Assembly: GCA_036771295.1 (NCBI GenBank)
Contig: DAIPHP010000001.1
Location: 648 to 64,647 of the forward strand
DNA: 64,000 nucleotides
Source: Ilumatobacteraceae bacterium
GTDB lineage: Bacteria > Actinomycetota > Acidimicrobiia > Acidimicrobiales > Ilumatobacteraceae
Direction: 5' to 3'
Position numbers and translations under genes: made by a program. How positions within the stretch are numbered: position 1 is the stretch's first letter; every line of letters starts with the position of its first letter. Below, piece by piece: positions 1 through 10,994 of the stretch. Below the pieces are notes generated by a model. It ran no database searches and was not told the DNA's origin. It worked only from the letters and a program-made list of their open reading frames with translations.

Positions 1-2
1 GC

Positions 3-428
3 TCGCAGCACTGGAAGGCCGCAGCGGAACACCTGGAGTTCGCGCGCTCGAGCGACCGAGCCGACATGACCAACATGCCCGTGCTGATCGACTGCTACCG
101 GGCGCTCAAGCGCTACGAGATCGTCGAACAGTTATGGTCCGAGATGAAAGAGCACTCGCCGCATCCTGCGGTGATGGCCGAAGGCCGAGTGTCGGCGGCG
201 ATGTCGCACGCTGACAGAGGGGACGTGCAATCCGCCATCCGAATCATGACCCACGGGGGCGAGCCTCGCCAAGTGCAGGCACATCACCTTCTCGAGTGGT
301 ACGTGCTCGGCGACCTGTACGACCGCGCCGGTGATGCCGTCACGGCGAAGAAGTACTTTGCCAAAGTTGCACAACACGATTCGAAGTATTTCGACGTAGA
401 AGTTCGCCTCGCCGGTCTCGGCGAGTAA
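3..428 (+). CDS. TPR-like helical repeat protein, C-terminal part (5' end outside window)
   Basis: The frame is open from nt 3 with no stop before 428. The translated sequence has Ala/Leu/Tyr-rich helical repeats (YRALKRYEIVEQLW, GDLYDRAGDAVTAKKYFAKV) typical of TPR proteins. Confidence 0.5.
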   Translation, partial: SQHWKAAAEHLEFARSSDRADMTNMPVLIDCYRALKRYEIVEQLWSEMKEHSPHPAVMAEGRVSAAMSHADRGDVQSAIRIMTHGGEPRQVQAHHLLEWYVLGDLYDRAGDAVTAKKYFAKVAQHDSKYFDVEVRLAGLGE

Positions 429-438
429 CCGGCCCGGC

Positions 439-461
439 GTTGCGGCGGTACGCAACTTTTT
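439..461 (+). terminator. Putative intrinsic terminator after the TPR gene
   Basis: GTTGCG-gcggta-CGCAAC hairpin followed directly by TTTTT, 11 nt after the stop codon. Confidence 0.45.
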
Positions 462-529
462 CGACCTTCACGGAGATCTTCCGCACACACCCAGATAGCC
501 GCATCTCGCGGCATGTTCAGGGGGTCACC

Positions 530-949
530 ATGCCACGCGCAACAGCTCGTCTCGCCCGCAAGGCGACAGTCGTCAAAGAATCAACCAACGTCGCAGTAGT
601 GCGTGGTCGTCTGGTTGCGTTACCGACGGTACGCGTCGTCGATCGCCACCAGCGAGCCACCACGTTCGATCTCGCGTGTCTGGTGAACGGCAAGCGAACC
701 GTGGTGCCGGTGGTCGCCCTTAATCTCGACCTACCGATCATCAAGGTGGGCGACGAGGTCACCGCACTCGGGCACGTGCGAAGGCGCTTCTTTCGGGTCG
801 GTGCCCGTACGCAAAGCATCACGGAGCTGGTCGTGGAGCGCATCGTTGCTGGTCCGAAGACCAAGCAACTCGACGCGCTCTACGGGTTGCTCGACCAGCG
901 CGCGTGCGAGACCCGCGAGACCGAGTTGCCGCGACCAACGAGCGGATGA
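530..949 (+). CDS. SSB-like OB-fold protein, hypothetical
   Basis: ATG at 530 follows a GGGGG-rich RBS. The beta-rich pattern NVAVVRGRLVALPTVRVV...TTFDLAC...VVPVVAL...IKVGDEVTALGHVRRRFF...ITELVVERIV resembles the SSB/PriB OB fold. No acidic C-terminal tail. Confidence 0.45.
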   Translation: MPRATARLARKATVVKESTNVAVVRGRLVALPTVRVVDRHQRATTFDLACLVNGKRTVVPVVALNLDLPIIKVGDEVTALGHVRRRFFRVGARTQSITELVVERIVAGPKTKQLDALYGLLDQRACETRETELPRPTSG

Positions 950-955
950 CGCACA

Positions 956-2137
956 TCAGGCGCCGAGCGGACGAATCACCAGGCCGGTGCGCAGTTTCGG
1001 CGTGAAGAACGTCGACTTCGGGGGCATCAACTCTCGTCGATCGGCGGTGCGACGTATCTCGGCGATGCTGGTGGGGCGGATAAAGATCGCCGCTTCGGCA
1101 TGGCCAGAGCGCATCGCGCCCGCAACCTCGTCGAAGCCGTGCTGGTAGGCGACGTCGTAACTGGTGGTTCGCAGGGCGTGCTCGAGACGGAGGCTGTCAA
1201 GATCACGAAGATGGTCGAACACTCCAGGCTTCGGCGTCAGCCACCAGCCGTTCATCGATTCGTCGACGAGGCACATCGAGCCCCGCACCGACATTTCAGC
1301 GATGACTCGCGCCGTCGCGGGGGTCGGAAGCGGTTCTATGACGAAGGACTCGTTGAGCAGCTGCCTCAGCTTGTCGACGCTGATCCCGCGATAAAGACGA
1401 TGGATGGCGGCGATGCTGAGCTGTTGCTCGACGAGTTCGCCGACGTACGCGAGCGTGGTTCGGGCCGCGACTTCGAGCGCGGTTCCGCGCATCTCGTCTC
1501 GGTAGGTGCGGGCGATCGCGTACCGGTGGTGACCGTCGGCGATGAGCACCGGTGCCGAGCCGACGAGCGAGGCGATGCTGCGCACTCGCGCCGGGTCGGC
1601 CACGCGTTCCACCTGGTGGTGAACGCCGTCGCCGTCGGTGAACGAGCCCAGCGGTTCTCCGCCGGCGATCAGTGCATCGGTCAGCTGCTCGCGCATCGAC
1701 AGGCCCCACACGGGGGAGAGGTTGGTCGCTGTCGCCCGAGTGAGGTCGAGCCGGTCCGTCTTGGCTTTCGGCGTGGTTTGTTCGTGCGGCAGGACTCCCT
1801 CGGCGCCTTCGTCGACCACCTCCAGGGCACCGATGACACCCACCGTGTTGCGCTTGTCGCCGCGGGAGTCCGTGAAGCGCATTCGATAGAGGGTGAACGA
1901 CGGTCGCTCGTCGAGCACGAGCACACCGCGCTGCTGCCAGTCGGCCAGCAGTTGCGCGGCGTGACGGTACGGCTCGGGGCCTTCGGGTAAGTCGACATGC
2001 ACCACGTTGTGCTCGCTCTGTGCCGCGAGCGCTGCGCGGTCGGCGGCACTCAGCACGTCATAGGGCGGGGCCGTGACGTCACCAAGACTGTGCGAGCTCG
2101 AATAGCGCAGAGCACGAAACGGCAGAAAAAGCGGCAC
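956..2137 (-). CDS. DUF1015 family protein
   Basis: N-terminus MPLFLPFRALRY...VTAPPYDV and the internal LIADGHHRY motif are characteristic of the DUF1015 family. Confidence 0.8.
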   Translation of the reverse strand: MPLFLPFRALRYSSSHSLGDVTAPPYDVLSAADRAALAAQSEHNVVHVDLPEGPEPYRHAAQLLADWQQRGVLVLDERPSFTLYRMRFTDSRGDKRNTVGVIGALEVVDEGAEGVLPHEQTTPKAKTDRLDLTRATATNLSPVWGLSMREQLTDALIAGGEPLGSFTDGDGVHHQVERVADPARVRSIASLVGSAPVLIADGHHRYAIARTYRDEMRGTALEVAARTTLAYVGELVEQQLSIAAIHRLYRGISVDKLRQLLNESFVIEPLPTPATARVIAEMSVRGSMCLVDESMNGWWLTPKPGVFDHLRDLDSLRLEHALRTTSYDVAYQHGFDEVAGAMRSGHAEAAIFIRPTSIAEIRRTADRRELMPPKSTFFTPKLRTGLVIRPLGA

Positions 2138-2170
2138 CCGTCAAGGTTGGCAGATGCGTCGCCAAGTAGC

Positions 2171-3016
2171 GTGATTCTCAACGTGAAAGCGCCGATTCTG
2201 TGCGACCTCGACGGCGTTGTGTGGTTGCTGCACCAACCGATCGCCGGCTCGGTCGATGCGATCGCGCGCCTGCGCGCCGCCGGGCACCGCGTGTTGTTCG
2301 TGACGAACAATTCGTCGGCGACCTTGGCCAAGCAAGAAGCGGCCCTCACGAAGATCGGAATTTCGGCGACCGGCGACGTGTGCACCTCGGCTGAGGCTGC
2401 TGCGCTCTTGTTGTCGCCCGGCGAGCGGGTGCTCGTGGCTGGCGGTCCGGGAATCGTGGAGGCGGTGGAAGCTGCCGGCGCGACCGTGGTCGTTCGTAGC
2501 GACGACGACATCGATGATCGAGCGTTCGCCCAACGCGCCTCTGCAATCGACACCGTGTTGGTCGGGTACCACAACACCTTCGACTACCGCGGGTTGACGC
2601 GTGCCGTGACACCGATCCTCGCCGGGGCTCGCTTGATCGGCACGAACGACGACCCCACGTATCCGACTCCTGCCGGCTTGATCCCTGGTGGCGGGTCCAT
2701 CCTCGCCGCGATCGCCAAAGCGGGCGGCGTTCGCCCAATCATCGCCGGCAAGCCGTTCGCGCCGATGGGCCAGCTCGTTCGCAAGCGACTCGGTGTGGAC
2801 GACCTCAGCGTGGCGTGGATGGCCGGCGATCGTGATTCCACCGACGGAGCGTTCGCGAGGCTCGTCGGTGCGAGATTCGCCCTGATGCTCTCGGGCGTGA
2901 GCGAATCGCCCGACGACCGCACGGTCGCGCCCGACGGGGTGTTCGACAATCTCGCCGGTTTGGCGGACTTCGTGTTGTCCGGCTCGAAATCGGTCGACGA
3001 GCGCGCCAGTCGCTGA
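2171..3016 (+). CDS. HAD-superfamily hydrolase, subfamily IIA (NagD-like phosphatase)
   Basis: DLDGVVW motif I, VTNNS motif II and a C-terminal GDRDSTD motif. GTG at 2171 chosen; the longer track ORF overlaps the divergent DUF1015 gene. Confidence 0.8.
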   Translation: MILNVKAPILCDLDGVVWLLHQPIAGSVDAIARLRAAGHRVLFVTNNSSATLAKQEAALTKIGISATGDVCTSAEAAALLLSPGERVLVAGGPGIVEAVEAAGATVVVRSDDDIDDRAFAQRASAIDTVLVGYHNTFDYRGLTRAVTPILAGARLIGTNDDPTYPTPAGLIPGGGSILAAIAKAGGVRPIIAGKPFAPMGQLVRKRLGVDDLSVAWMAGDRDSTDGAFARLVGARFALMLSGVSESPDDRTVAPDGVFDNLAGLADFVLSGSKSVDERASR

Positions 3017-3019
3017 GAC

Positions 3020-3787
3020 GTGGCCCGAGCCCAGCGAATCGACGCAGCGTTGGTGGCTGCGGGACTCGCTCGCAGCGAAGACGAAGCCCGGGCGCTCATC
3101 GCTGACGACCGTGTCACGGTGAACGGCGCACCCGTTCTCAACCCTGCGCGGCAAGTGACCGAGCGAGACCAGCTTGCGGTCGTCCCGGTGGAGCGGTTCG
3201 TCAGTCGAGGTGGGTTGAAGCTTGACGCTGCGCTTGAGTACTTTGCGAAGTCCAGCGCAGAAGTTCCTGTGCGGGGCTCGCGGGTGCTTGACGCTGGTGC
3301 ATCGACCGGGGGATTCGTCGACTGTCTGTTGCAGCGCGGTGCCGCAATCGTCGTCGCCTGCGACGTGGGCCACGGGCTGCTGCATCCGAGGATTGCCTCA
3401 GACGCTCGGGTCGAGGTGCGCGACGGCGTGAACGTCCGCGAGATCGGCTCGTTGATCTCCGAAGGGCGCCTGACCGGCGGCTACGACCTGGTGGTGGCCG
3501 ACTTGTCGTTTATTTCGTTACGAGTCGTCATGCGTTCGTTGGTGTCGGCAGCGCGCCCGGGCGGGGAGCTCTTGTTGTTGGTGAAACCACAATTCGAAGC
3601 GACGAAAGCCGAGGTCGACCGCGGGGGAGGTGTGATTCGCGACGAAGACGTTCGTCGTCGGTGCATCGACGAGGTATCGGCGTCGGTTCGACAAGAAGGC
3701 GCGGAGGTCGTGGGCGACGTGGAGTCGGCGGTGGCGGGCCCGGCAGGCAACCGTGAGCATTGGTTGCGTGTGCGTCGCCGGACGTGA
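3020..3787 (+). CDS. tlyA: TlyA family rRNA (cytidine-2'-O)-methyltransferase
   Basis: S4-like N-terminus, FVSRGGLKL, SAM site LDAGASTGGF, DLSFISL. Confidence 0.9.
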   Translation: MARAQRIDAALVAAGLARSEDEARALIADDRVTVNGAPVLNPARQVTERDQLAVVPVERFVSRGGLKLDAALEYFAKSSAEVPVRGSRVLDAGASTGGFVDCLLQRGAAIVVACDVGHGLLHPRIASDARVEVRDGVNVREIGSLISEGRLTGGYDLVVADLSFISLRVVMRSLVSAARPGGELLLLVKPQFEATKAEVDRGGGVIRDEDVRRRCIDEVSASVRQEGAEVVGDVESAVAGPAGNREHWLRVRRRT

Positions 3788-3808
3788 CTGCTCAATAGCC
3801 TGAACGAC

Positions 3809-4666
3809 ATGGCCAACGTGCTGGTGGTGGCGCATCACACTCGCAGCGAAGTTGCCCCGCTTCTGGCCCAGCTTCGCGGAGCGCTCACCAAGGGTGGCCA
3901 CCATCTGTGGCTGTGTCGAGCCGATGCCGATGCGCACGGGCTCGGTGAACTGGCGAGTGATCGCGACGCTTCCGATGCCGACTTGGTCGTCGTGCTCGGG
4001 GGAGACGGCACCGTGCTTCGCGCGGTCAGCATGCTCAACGGGGCACCGGTGCCGGTGTTGGGTGTGAACGTCGGCGTGCTGGGCTACCTCACCGAGGTCG
4101 GAATAGGTCGGGCGATTGAAGCGGTGGGGACTGCACTGACGGGCCGAGCCGACAAAGACTTCATCGTTGACCAACGCATGCTGCTGCAGGTGACCGTGGC
4201 CAAAGAGGGGCAACCCGCCACGTCGTGGCGTGCACTCAATGAAGCAGTGCTCGAAAAACAACAGTCCGGCCACACCGTGTGGATCGACGTCACCGTCAAC
4301 CACGAGTTGTTCGAGCGGTACTCGGCCGACGGCGTGATCGTCGCCACGCCGACGGGGTCCACGGCCTACTCCATGTCGGCCCGCGGGCCAGTGGTCTCGC
4401 CGCGTCATCGCGCGCTCATCGTCACCCCGGTGTCGCCGCACATGAACTTCGACCGATCCCTCGTGCTCGGCCCTGACGAGCACCTGCAGATGACGATCGC
4501 CGGCACTCGACCGGTCGACCTGGCGATTGACGGCCGCCGAGTTGCGAGTCTCTCGGCGAACGACACGGTCACCTTCGCTCCCGACACGTGCACGGCGCAT
4601 TTCGTGCGTTTCGCAGCGCCAAAGTTCCACCAGATTCTGCGCTCAAAGTTCGGACTCTCGGACTGA
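3809..4666 (+). CDS. nadK: NAD+ kinase
   Basis: VVLGGDGTVLRA motif, NxGxLGFL-like VGVLGYLTE, STAYSMSARGP. Confidence 0.92.
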   Translation: MANVLVVAHHTRSEVAPLLAQLRGALTKGGHHLWLCRADADAHGLGELASDRDASDADLVVVLGGDGTVLRAVSMLNGAPVPVLGVNVGVLGYLTEVGIGRAIEAVGTALTGRADKDFIVDQRMLLQVTVAKEGQPATSWRALNEAVLEKQQSGHTVWIDVTVNHELFERYSADGVIVATPTGSTAYSMSARGPVVSPRHRALIVTPVSPHMNFDRSLVLGPDEHLQMTIAGTRPVDLAIDGRRVASLSANDTVTFAPDTCTAHFVRFAAPKFHQILRSKFGLSD

Positions 4667-4679
4667 ACACCGCCTGACC

Positions 4680-6290
4680 GTGCTGCTCGAACTACGCATC
4701 GAAAATCTCGGTGTCATCGAAGAATCGAGCATCGTCTTCGGGGACGGTCTCACCGTGCTGACCGGCGAAACCGGTGCTGGTAAGACGATGATCGTCGAGG
4801 CGATCAATTTGTTGGTCGGACAACGGGCGGATCCGTCGATGGTGCGCCCGGGAGCAGACGAGTTGCGGGTCGAAGGTCGCTTCGTGGACGGCTCCGGCGA
4901 CGAGCGACTGCTGTGCCGCGTGGTGCCGCGCGACGGGCGTTCGCGGGCGTACGTCGACGGGAGGCTCGCGACGGTCGCGAACTTGGCGGAGCTCGGGACC
5001 GGCCTTGTCGACCTACACGGTCAGCACGAGCACCAGAGCCTGCTCGGTGGGCCCGCCCAGCGCGCCGCCCTCGACGCGTTCGCGAGTGTCGACTTGTCGG
5101 CATTGCGTGGCGCTCGGGCTGCAGTAACGGAGATCGATGCGGCGTTGGCGACGATGGGCGGCGACGAACGGGCGCGCGCTCGAGAAATCGATCTGCTTCG
5201 TTTCCAGGTGGAAGAGATCTCTTCTGCGCAACTCAGCGACGCCGACGAAGACGCCGCGCTCGAACGACAAATCGACTTGTTGCAAGACGCGACGTCGCAT
5301 CGCGAGTCTTTGGCGGCCGCAATCGGCGCACTGATCGAGGATGACGGCGCCACCGACCGATTGACGGCGGCGGCGGCGATGCTCGGACGCGGCGACGCGA
5401 TGCGCCAGCACGTCGACCGCATCCGAGAGCTGCAGGCGCTGGTGGCGGACGCCGCCGATGAGATGAGACGGGTCCTGGAGACGGTCGAGGACGATCCGAC
5501 TCGGCTCGAGCGCCTGGTCGAACGACGCCAGACGTTGTTCGACCTGCGGCGCAAGTACGGCGAGACACTTTCGTCGGTGATGGAGTATCACTCCACGTCT
5601 GCGGCCCGGCTCGAAGAGCTCGAAACCTGGGAATCCCGAGCAAAGGAACTTGACACTCGACGTGCCGCGGCGATGCGCGAGGTGCAGCACGAGGCGGCGA
5701 AGGTTCGAAAACAACGGGAAGAGGCAGGACCCAGGTTGGCCAAGGCCGTCGAGAAACACCTTGCCGCCTTGGCGCTGGCTGGGGCTCGGGTTCAGGTGGT
5801 GGTCGGCAACGATCGCGAACGGGATTTGGCCGGCGACGAAGTCACGTTCCTGCTGGCGGCCAACCCGGGCAGCGAGCCCGCCCCGCTTGCCAAGGTGGCG
5901 TCTGGCGGCGAACTGGCGCGTTCGATGCTCGCCCTGCGAATGGTGCTGACGCAGGCCCCCGGAACGCTCGTTTTCGACGAGGTCGACGCCGGAATCGGTG
6001 GTGACGCAGCAGTGGCAGTGGCCGACGCGCTCGCCGCACTTGGCGATCGCCACCAGGTGTTAGTGGTGACGCATTTGCCGCAAGTTGCCGCCCGAGCGCA
6101 CCACCACGTGACCGTCAGCAAAGAAGTACGAAAGGGCATCACGTTTGCCTCGGCGCGAACGCTGGCCGACGACGAGCGCGCCACGGAGGTCGCGCGCATG
6201 CTGTCGGGCAGTATGGCCGTGGAATCCGCTGTGGAACATGCGAAGAACATGCTGAAAGTGCGCGGTAAGTCACGCAGCAGTCGTCGATGA
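4680..6290 (+). CDS. recN: DNA repair protein RecN
   Basis: LLELRIENLGVI...LTVLTGETGAGKT Walker A, long coiled-coil middle, C-terminal SGGELARSMLAL signature and FDEVDAGIGG Walker B. GTG at 4680 chosen. Confidence 0.93.
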   Translation: MLLELRIENLGVIEESSIVFGDGLTVLTGETGAGKTMIVEAINLLVGQRADPSMVRPGADELRVEGRFVDGSGDERLLCRVVPRDGRSRAYVDGRLATVANLAELGTGLVDLHGQHEHQSLLGGPAQRAALDAFASVDLSALRGARAAVTEIDAALATMGGDERARAREIDLLRFQVEEISSAQLSDADEDAALERQIDLLQDATSHRESLAAAIGALIEDDGATDRLTAAAAMLGRGDAMRQHVDRIRELQALVADAADEMRRVLETVEDDPTRLERLVERRQTLFDLRRKYGETLSSVMEYHSTSAARLEELETWESRAKELDTRRAAAMREVQHEAAKVRKQREEAGPRLAKAVEKHLAALALAGARVQVVVGNDRERDLAGDEVTFLLAANPGSEPAPLAKVASGGELARSMLALRMVLTQAPGTLVFDEVDAGIGGDAAVAVADALAALGDRHQVLVVTHLPQVAARAHHHVTVSKEVRKGITFASARTLADDERATEVARMLSGSMAVESAVEHAKNMLKVRGKSRSSRR

Positions 6291-6301
6291 GGGTAGGCTG
6301 A

Positions 6302-8011
<1,710 letters not shown>

Positions 8012-8022
8012 CGCCAGAGCGA

Positions 8023-8598
8023 ATGACACAACGTTCGTCTGGGCCGGTCGACGGCTTCCGTTCGTCACCGCTGAAGACCGTGCATGAGTGGGCAATGTGG
8101 TCGTTGGTGCGCGGTGAGTTCACCGACCCTGACGGTTCGCCATTCGTGCGAACCTTCGTGTTGTCTCCGGGTGCCGTCGGTGTGGTCGCGCTGCGTGACG
8201 ACGTGCGCCGGCACGTGGTGTTGGTTCGTCAATATCGCCCGGCGCTGCACCGAACGACCCTGGAGGTTCCTGCCGGAATGCGCGATATGGAGGGTGAAGA
8301 CACCCTCGTCACGGCACAGCGCGAACTCCGCGAAGAAGTCGGTCTGGAGGCCGAATCGTGGGTGCGGTTAGGTAGACATGTGTCGGCACCGGGGATCTCG
8401 GACTCGAGCGTCGAGCTGTACCTTGCGCGAACGTTGCGGGAGGTGCCGCACGACCGCCATGGTCCCGAGGAGCAACACATGACGGTCGTGGAGATCCCGC
8501 TCGACGAGGCGATTGCCATGGTCGCCGACGGACGCATCGACGATGCCAAGACGGTCATCGGTCTGCTGATGGCGAGTCGTCTGACGCGCGGAGCATGA
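8023..8598 (+). CDS. NUDIX hydrolase (ADP-ribose pyrophosphatase-like)
   Basis: Nudix box GMRDMEGEDTLVTAQRELREEVGL. Conserved position after pyrG. Confidence 0.85.
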   Translation: MTQRSSGPVDGFRSSPLKTVHEWAMWSLVRGEFTDPDGSPFVRTFVLSPGAVGVVALRDDVRRHVVLVRQYRPALHRTTLEVPAGMRDMEGEDTLVTAQRELREEVGLEAESWVRLGRHVSAPGISDSSVELYLARTLREVPHDRHGPEEQHMTVVEIPLDEAIAMVADGRIDDAKTVIGLLMASRLTRGA

Positions 8599-9518
8599 AG
8601 ACGATGTCGCTCGAGCCGGCGGAGCGGTTCCTGGCGTGGCTGCAGATCGAGCAGGGTCGGGCAGAAAAGACAATCGAGGCCTATCGGCGGGACTTGCGCG
8701 AATACGAGGCGTGGCTGGCGACGCGCGACACCTCATCGTTGTCGGCGAGAAGCAGTGATGTAGAGGCGTTCGTCGCGCATCTTCGCAAGAGCGGCAAGGC
8801 AGCCAAATCAGTCGCCCGGCAGTTCGCGGCCGTACGAATGCTGCACAAGTACCTTGCAGTCGAATCGGACCGGGCGGACGACCCCGCCGCGCTCGTGGAC
8901 GGCGTCAAGGTTCCGAGCGGTTTGCCGAAGCCGTTGCGAGAAGACGAGGTCACGCGGCTGATTGCCGCAATCACCGGCGACGACTCGTTCGCGCGTCGCG
9001 ACCGGGCGCTGGTGGAGTTCTTGTACGCAACGGGTGCCCGAATCTCTGAGGTCTGCGGTCTTTCCTTGGCCGACCTCGACATGGACGATTCGTTGGCGCG
9101 CCTCTTCGGAAAGGGCAGCAAGGAGCGCATCGTGCCGTTCGGGCGCAGTGCCCACGCGGCGTTGACTGAATGGCTCGAGGAGGGCGGGCGCGGGATGCTG
9201 GTGCCGAAACGATGGAAATCGCGAGATTACGCGGACGCGGTGTTCCTCGGTGTGCGCGGCACGCGTCTGACTCGACAGGCGGCGTTCCACATCGTGCGCA
9301 AGTACGCGGGTCTGGCTGGCATCAAGGAGGAAGTGTCTCCGCACACGTTGCGCCACTCGTGCGCCACCCACATGCTCGTACACGGCGCAGATTTGCGAAT
9401 CGTGCAGGAGCTGCTCGGCCATGCGTCAGTCAGCACGACGCAGGTGTACACGAAAGTCGACGACGAACTGCTCGTCAGTGTGTATCGCGAGTCGCATCCC
9501 CGGGCGGTGCGTCGGTGA
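8595..9518 (+). CDS. xerD: Site-specific tyrosine recombinase XerD
   Basis: N-terminal SAM-like domain; catalytic region ATGARISE...HTLRHSCATHML..GADLRIVQELLGHASVSTTQVYT. ATGA overlap with the NUDIX stop. Confidence 0.9.
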   Translation: MKTMSLEPAERFLAWLQIEQGRAEKTIEAYRRDLREYEAWLATRDTSSLSARSSDVEAFVAHLRKSGKAAKSVARQFAAVRMLHKYLAVESDRADDPAALVDGVKVPSGLPKPLREDEVTRLIAAITGDDSFARRDRALVEFLYATGARISEVCGLSLADLDMDDSLARLFGKGSKERIVPFGRSAHAALTEWLEEGGRGMLVPKRWKSRDYADAVFLGVRGTRLTRQAAFHIVRKYAGLAGIKEEVSPHTLRHSCATHMLVHGADLRIVQELLGHASVSTTQVYTKVDDELLVSVYRESHPRAVRR

Positions 9519-9958
9519 AGCTGTGGCATCTCATCAAACGCTTCGTTGGCTCGGTGACCGCAGCCGCACTCACGAACAGAGAGCTACTGGAGGTGCAGAC
9601 GGTGCTGCTCGCGGCTGAACAACGACTGTTCGCACGTCTCGCCATCGCCGACCAGCGGCATGCGCTGCTCGTGCTTCGGCGTTTCGACGAGCTGATGCCC
9701 TCGGCGTCAGTGGTGGCCCGCCGTGCGGCGCTCTTGCATGACATCGGCAAAACCGTCACCGGGCTCGGCACGCTGGCCCGTGTCGTGGCGACGATCGTCG
9801 GACCCCGCACCGATCGATTTCGGCAGTACGTCGAGCACGAGCAAATCGGCGCGGAACTCTTGGCCCGCGCCGGCAGCGACCCTGTCACGGTTGCGCTCGT
9901 GCGCGGCGACGGTGAGCCGACGACCGTCAATGCGCTGCACAAGGCAGACGACATCTAG
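9515..9958 (+). CDS. HD domain-containing protein
   Basis: ADQRHALLV and AALLHDIGK metal-binding HD motifs. The GTG at 9515 overlaps the xerD stop (GTGA). Confidence 0.7.
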   Translation: MKLWHLIKRFVGSVTAAALTNRELLEVQTVLLAAEQRLFARLAIADQRHALLVLRRFDELMPSASVVARRAALLHDIGKTVTGLGTLARVVATIVGPRTDRFRQYVEHEQIGAELLARAGSDPVTVALVRGDGEPTTVNALHKADDI

Positions 9959-9966
9959 CGCGATCG

Positions 9967-10953
9967 TCAGCGCGGAAGCATGCCGATTGCGGCGTGGGCT
10001 CGCGACAGCGTGGCCGCGGCGACCGCCTCGGCACGTTCGTCGCCCTTGCGGACGAGACGAGCCAACTCGCCGCGGTCGTTCATCAATTCGTGATATCTGG
10101 TGCGAATCGGTGCCAGCAGAGCAATCACCGCGGCGCCCGCGTCGGCCTTGAGTGCGCCGTATTGCGAGTAGTTCTGGGCTGTCGACTCCACCGACTTGCC
10201 GGTTGCGGTCGCGAGGATCTCGAGCAAGTTCGCGACGCCAGGCTTTCGGTCGCGGTCAAACACCACCTCGTTGTCGCTGTCGGTAACTGCCCGTTTGAAC
10301 TTCTTCTCGATGGCCGCCGGCTCGTCGAGCAGGTAGACGATTCCCGCATCTCCGCTCGACGACTTCGACATCTTGGATGACGGATTCTGCAGGTCCATTA
10401 CACGGGCGCCGGCTTTGGGCGTGACTGCCTTGGGCAAAACGAAGGTGTCGCCGAACCTGTGGTTGAAGCGGATTGCGATGTCTCGCGTGATCTCGATGTG
10501 CTGGCGCTGATCGTCGCCCACCGGCACCTCCTGCGCGTCGTAGAGCAAGATGTCGGCCGCCTGCAGGGCGGGGTAGGTGAACAAGCCGGCAGAGACGAAG
10601 TCGGCTTCGCGCTTGGCGGCCTTGTCTTTGAACTGCGTCATGCGGCTCAGCTCGCCGTACGAGACCGTGCATTCCATGATCCACGCGAGTTGTGAGTGCT
10701 GCGGCAGATGACTCTGCACGAAGACCGTCGCTACAGCAGGGTCGAGTCCGACCGCAAACAACATCGCGGCGAGCGAGAGGGTCTGTTCGCCGAGCACACC
10801 CGGGGCTTCGGTCACGGTCAGCGCGTGCAGGTCGACGATTCCGTGGAAAACGTCGTTCTCGTGTTGGCCAGACACCCAGTTTCGTAACGCGCCGAGGTAG
10901 TTGCCCAAGTGCACTTCGCCAGTCGGCTGAATGCACGAGAGAACGCGAGCCAC
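9967..10953 (-). CDS. trpS: Tryptophan--tRNA ligase
   Basis: Class I motifs: IQPTGEVHLGNYLGA (HIGH-type) and KMSKS. Confidence 0.96.
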   Translation of the reverse strand: MARVLSCIQPTGEVHLGNYLGALRNWVSGQHENDVFHGIVDLHALTVTEAPGVLGEQTLSLAAMLFAVGLDPAVATVFVQSHLPQHSQLAWIMECTVSYGELSRMTQFKDKAAKREADFVSAGLFTYPALQAADILLYDAQEVPVGDDQRQHIEITRDIAIRFNHRFGDTFVLPKAVTPKAGARVMDLQNPSSKMSKSSSGDAGIVYLLDEPAAIEKKFKRAVTDSDNEVVFDRDRKPGVANLLEILATATGKSVESTAQNYSQYGALKADAGAAVIALLAPIRTRYHELMNDRGELARLVRKGDERAEAVAAATLSRAHAAIGMLPR

Positions 10954-10994
10954 AATCCCAAGTTACTCGTGCGCGCAGGGGTACTCTCGTACAA

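Noticed and set aside
9170-9514. Long 5' extensions of several track ORFs that overlap the preceding gene. They are 9170 (HD protein), 4527 (recN), 10692 (scpA), 28032 (FHA), 28727 (MerR), 37255 (monooxygenase), 43348 (CNNM), 44603 (SDR), 49829 (menD), 54948 (LLM), 56725 (era), 19722-20081 (ABC ATPase), 20483-20605 (GDPD), 22048-22269 (acyl-CoA ligase) and 62596-62700 (dinG).
   Set aside because: The extensions are Arg/Pro-rich, overlap neighbouring genes in another frame, and precede internal starts that align with family N-termini and often form ATGA/GTGA couplings. The trimmed starts were used.
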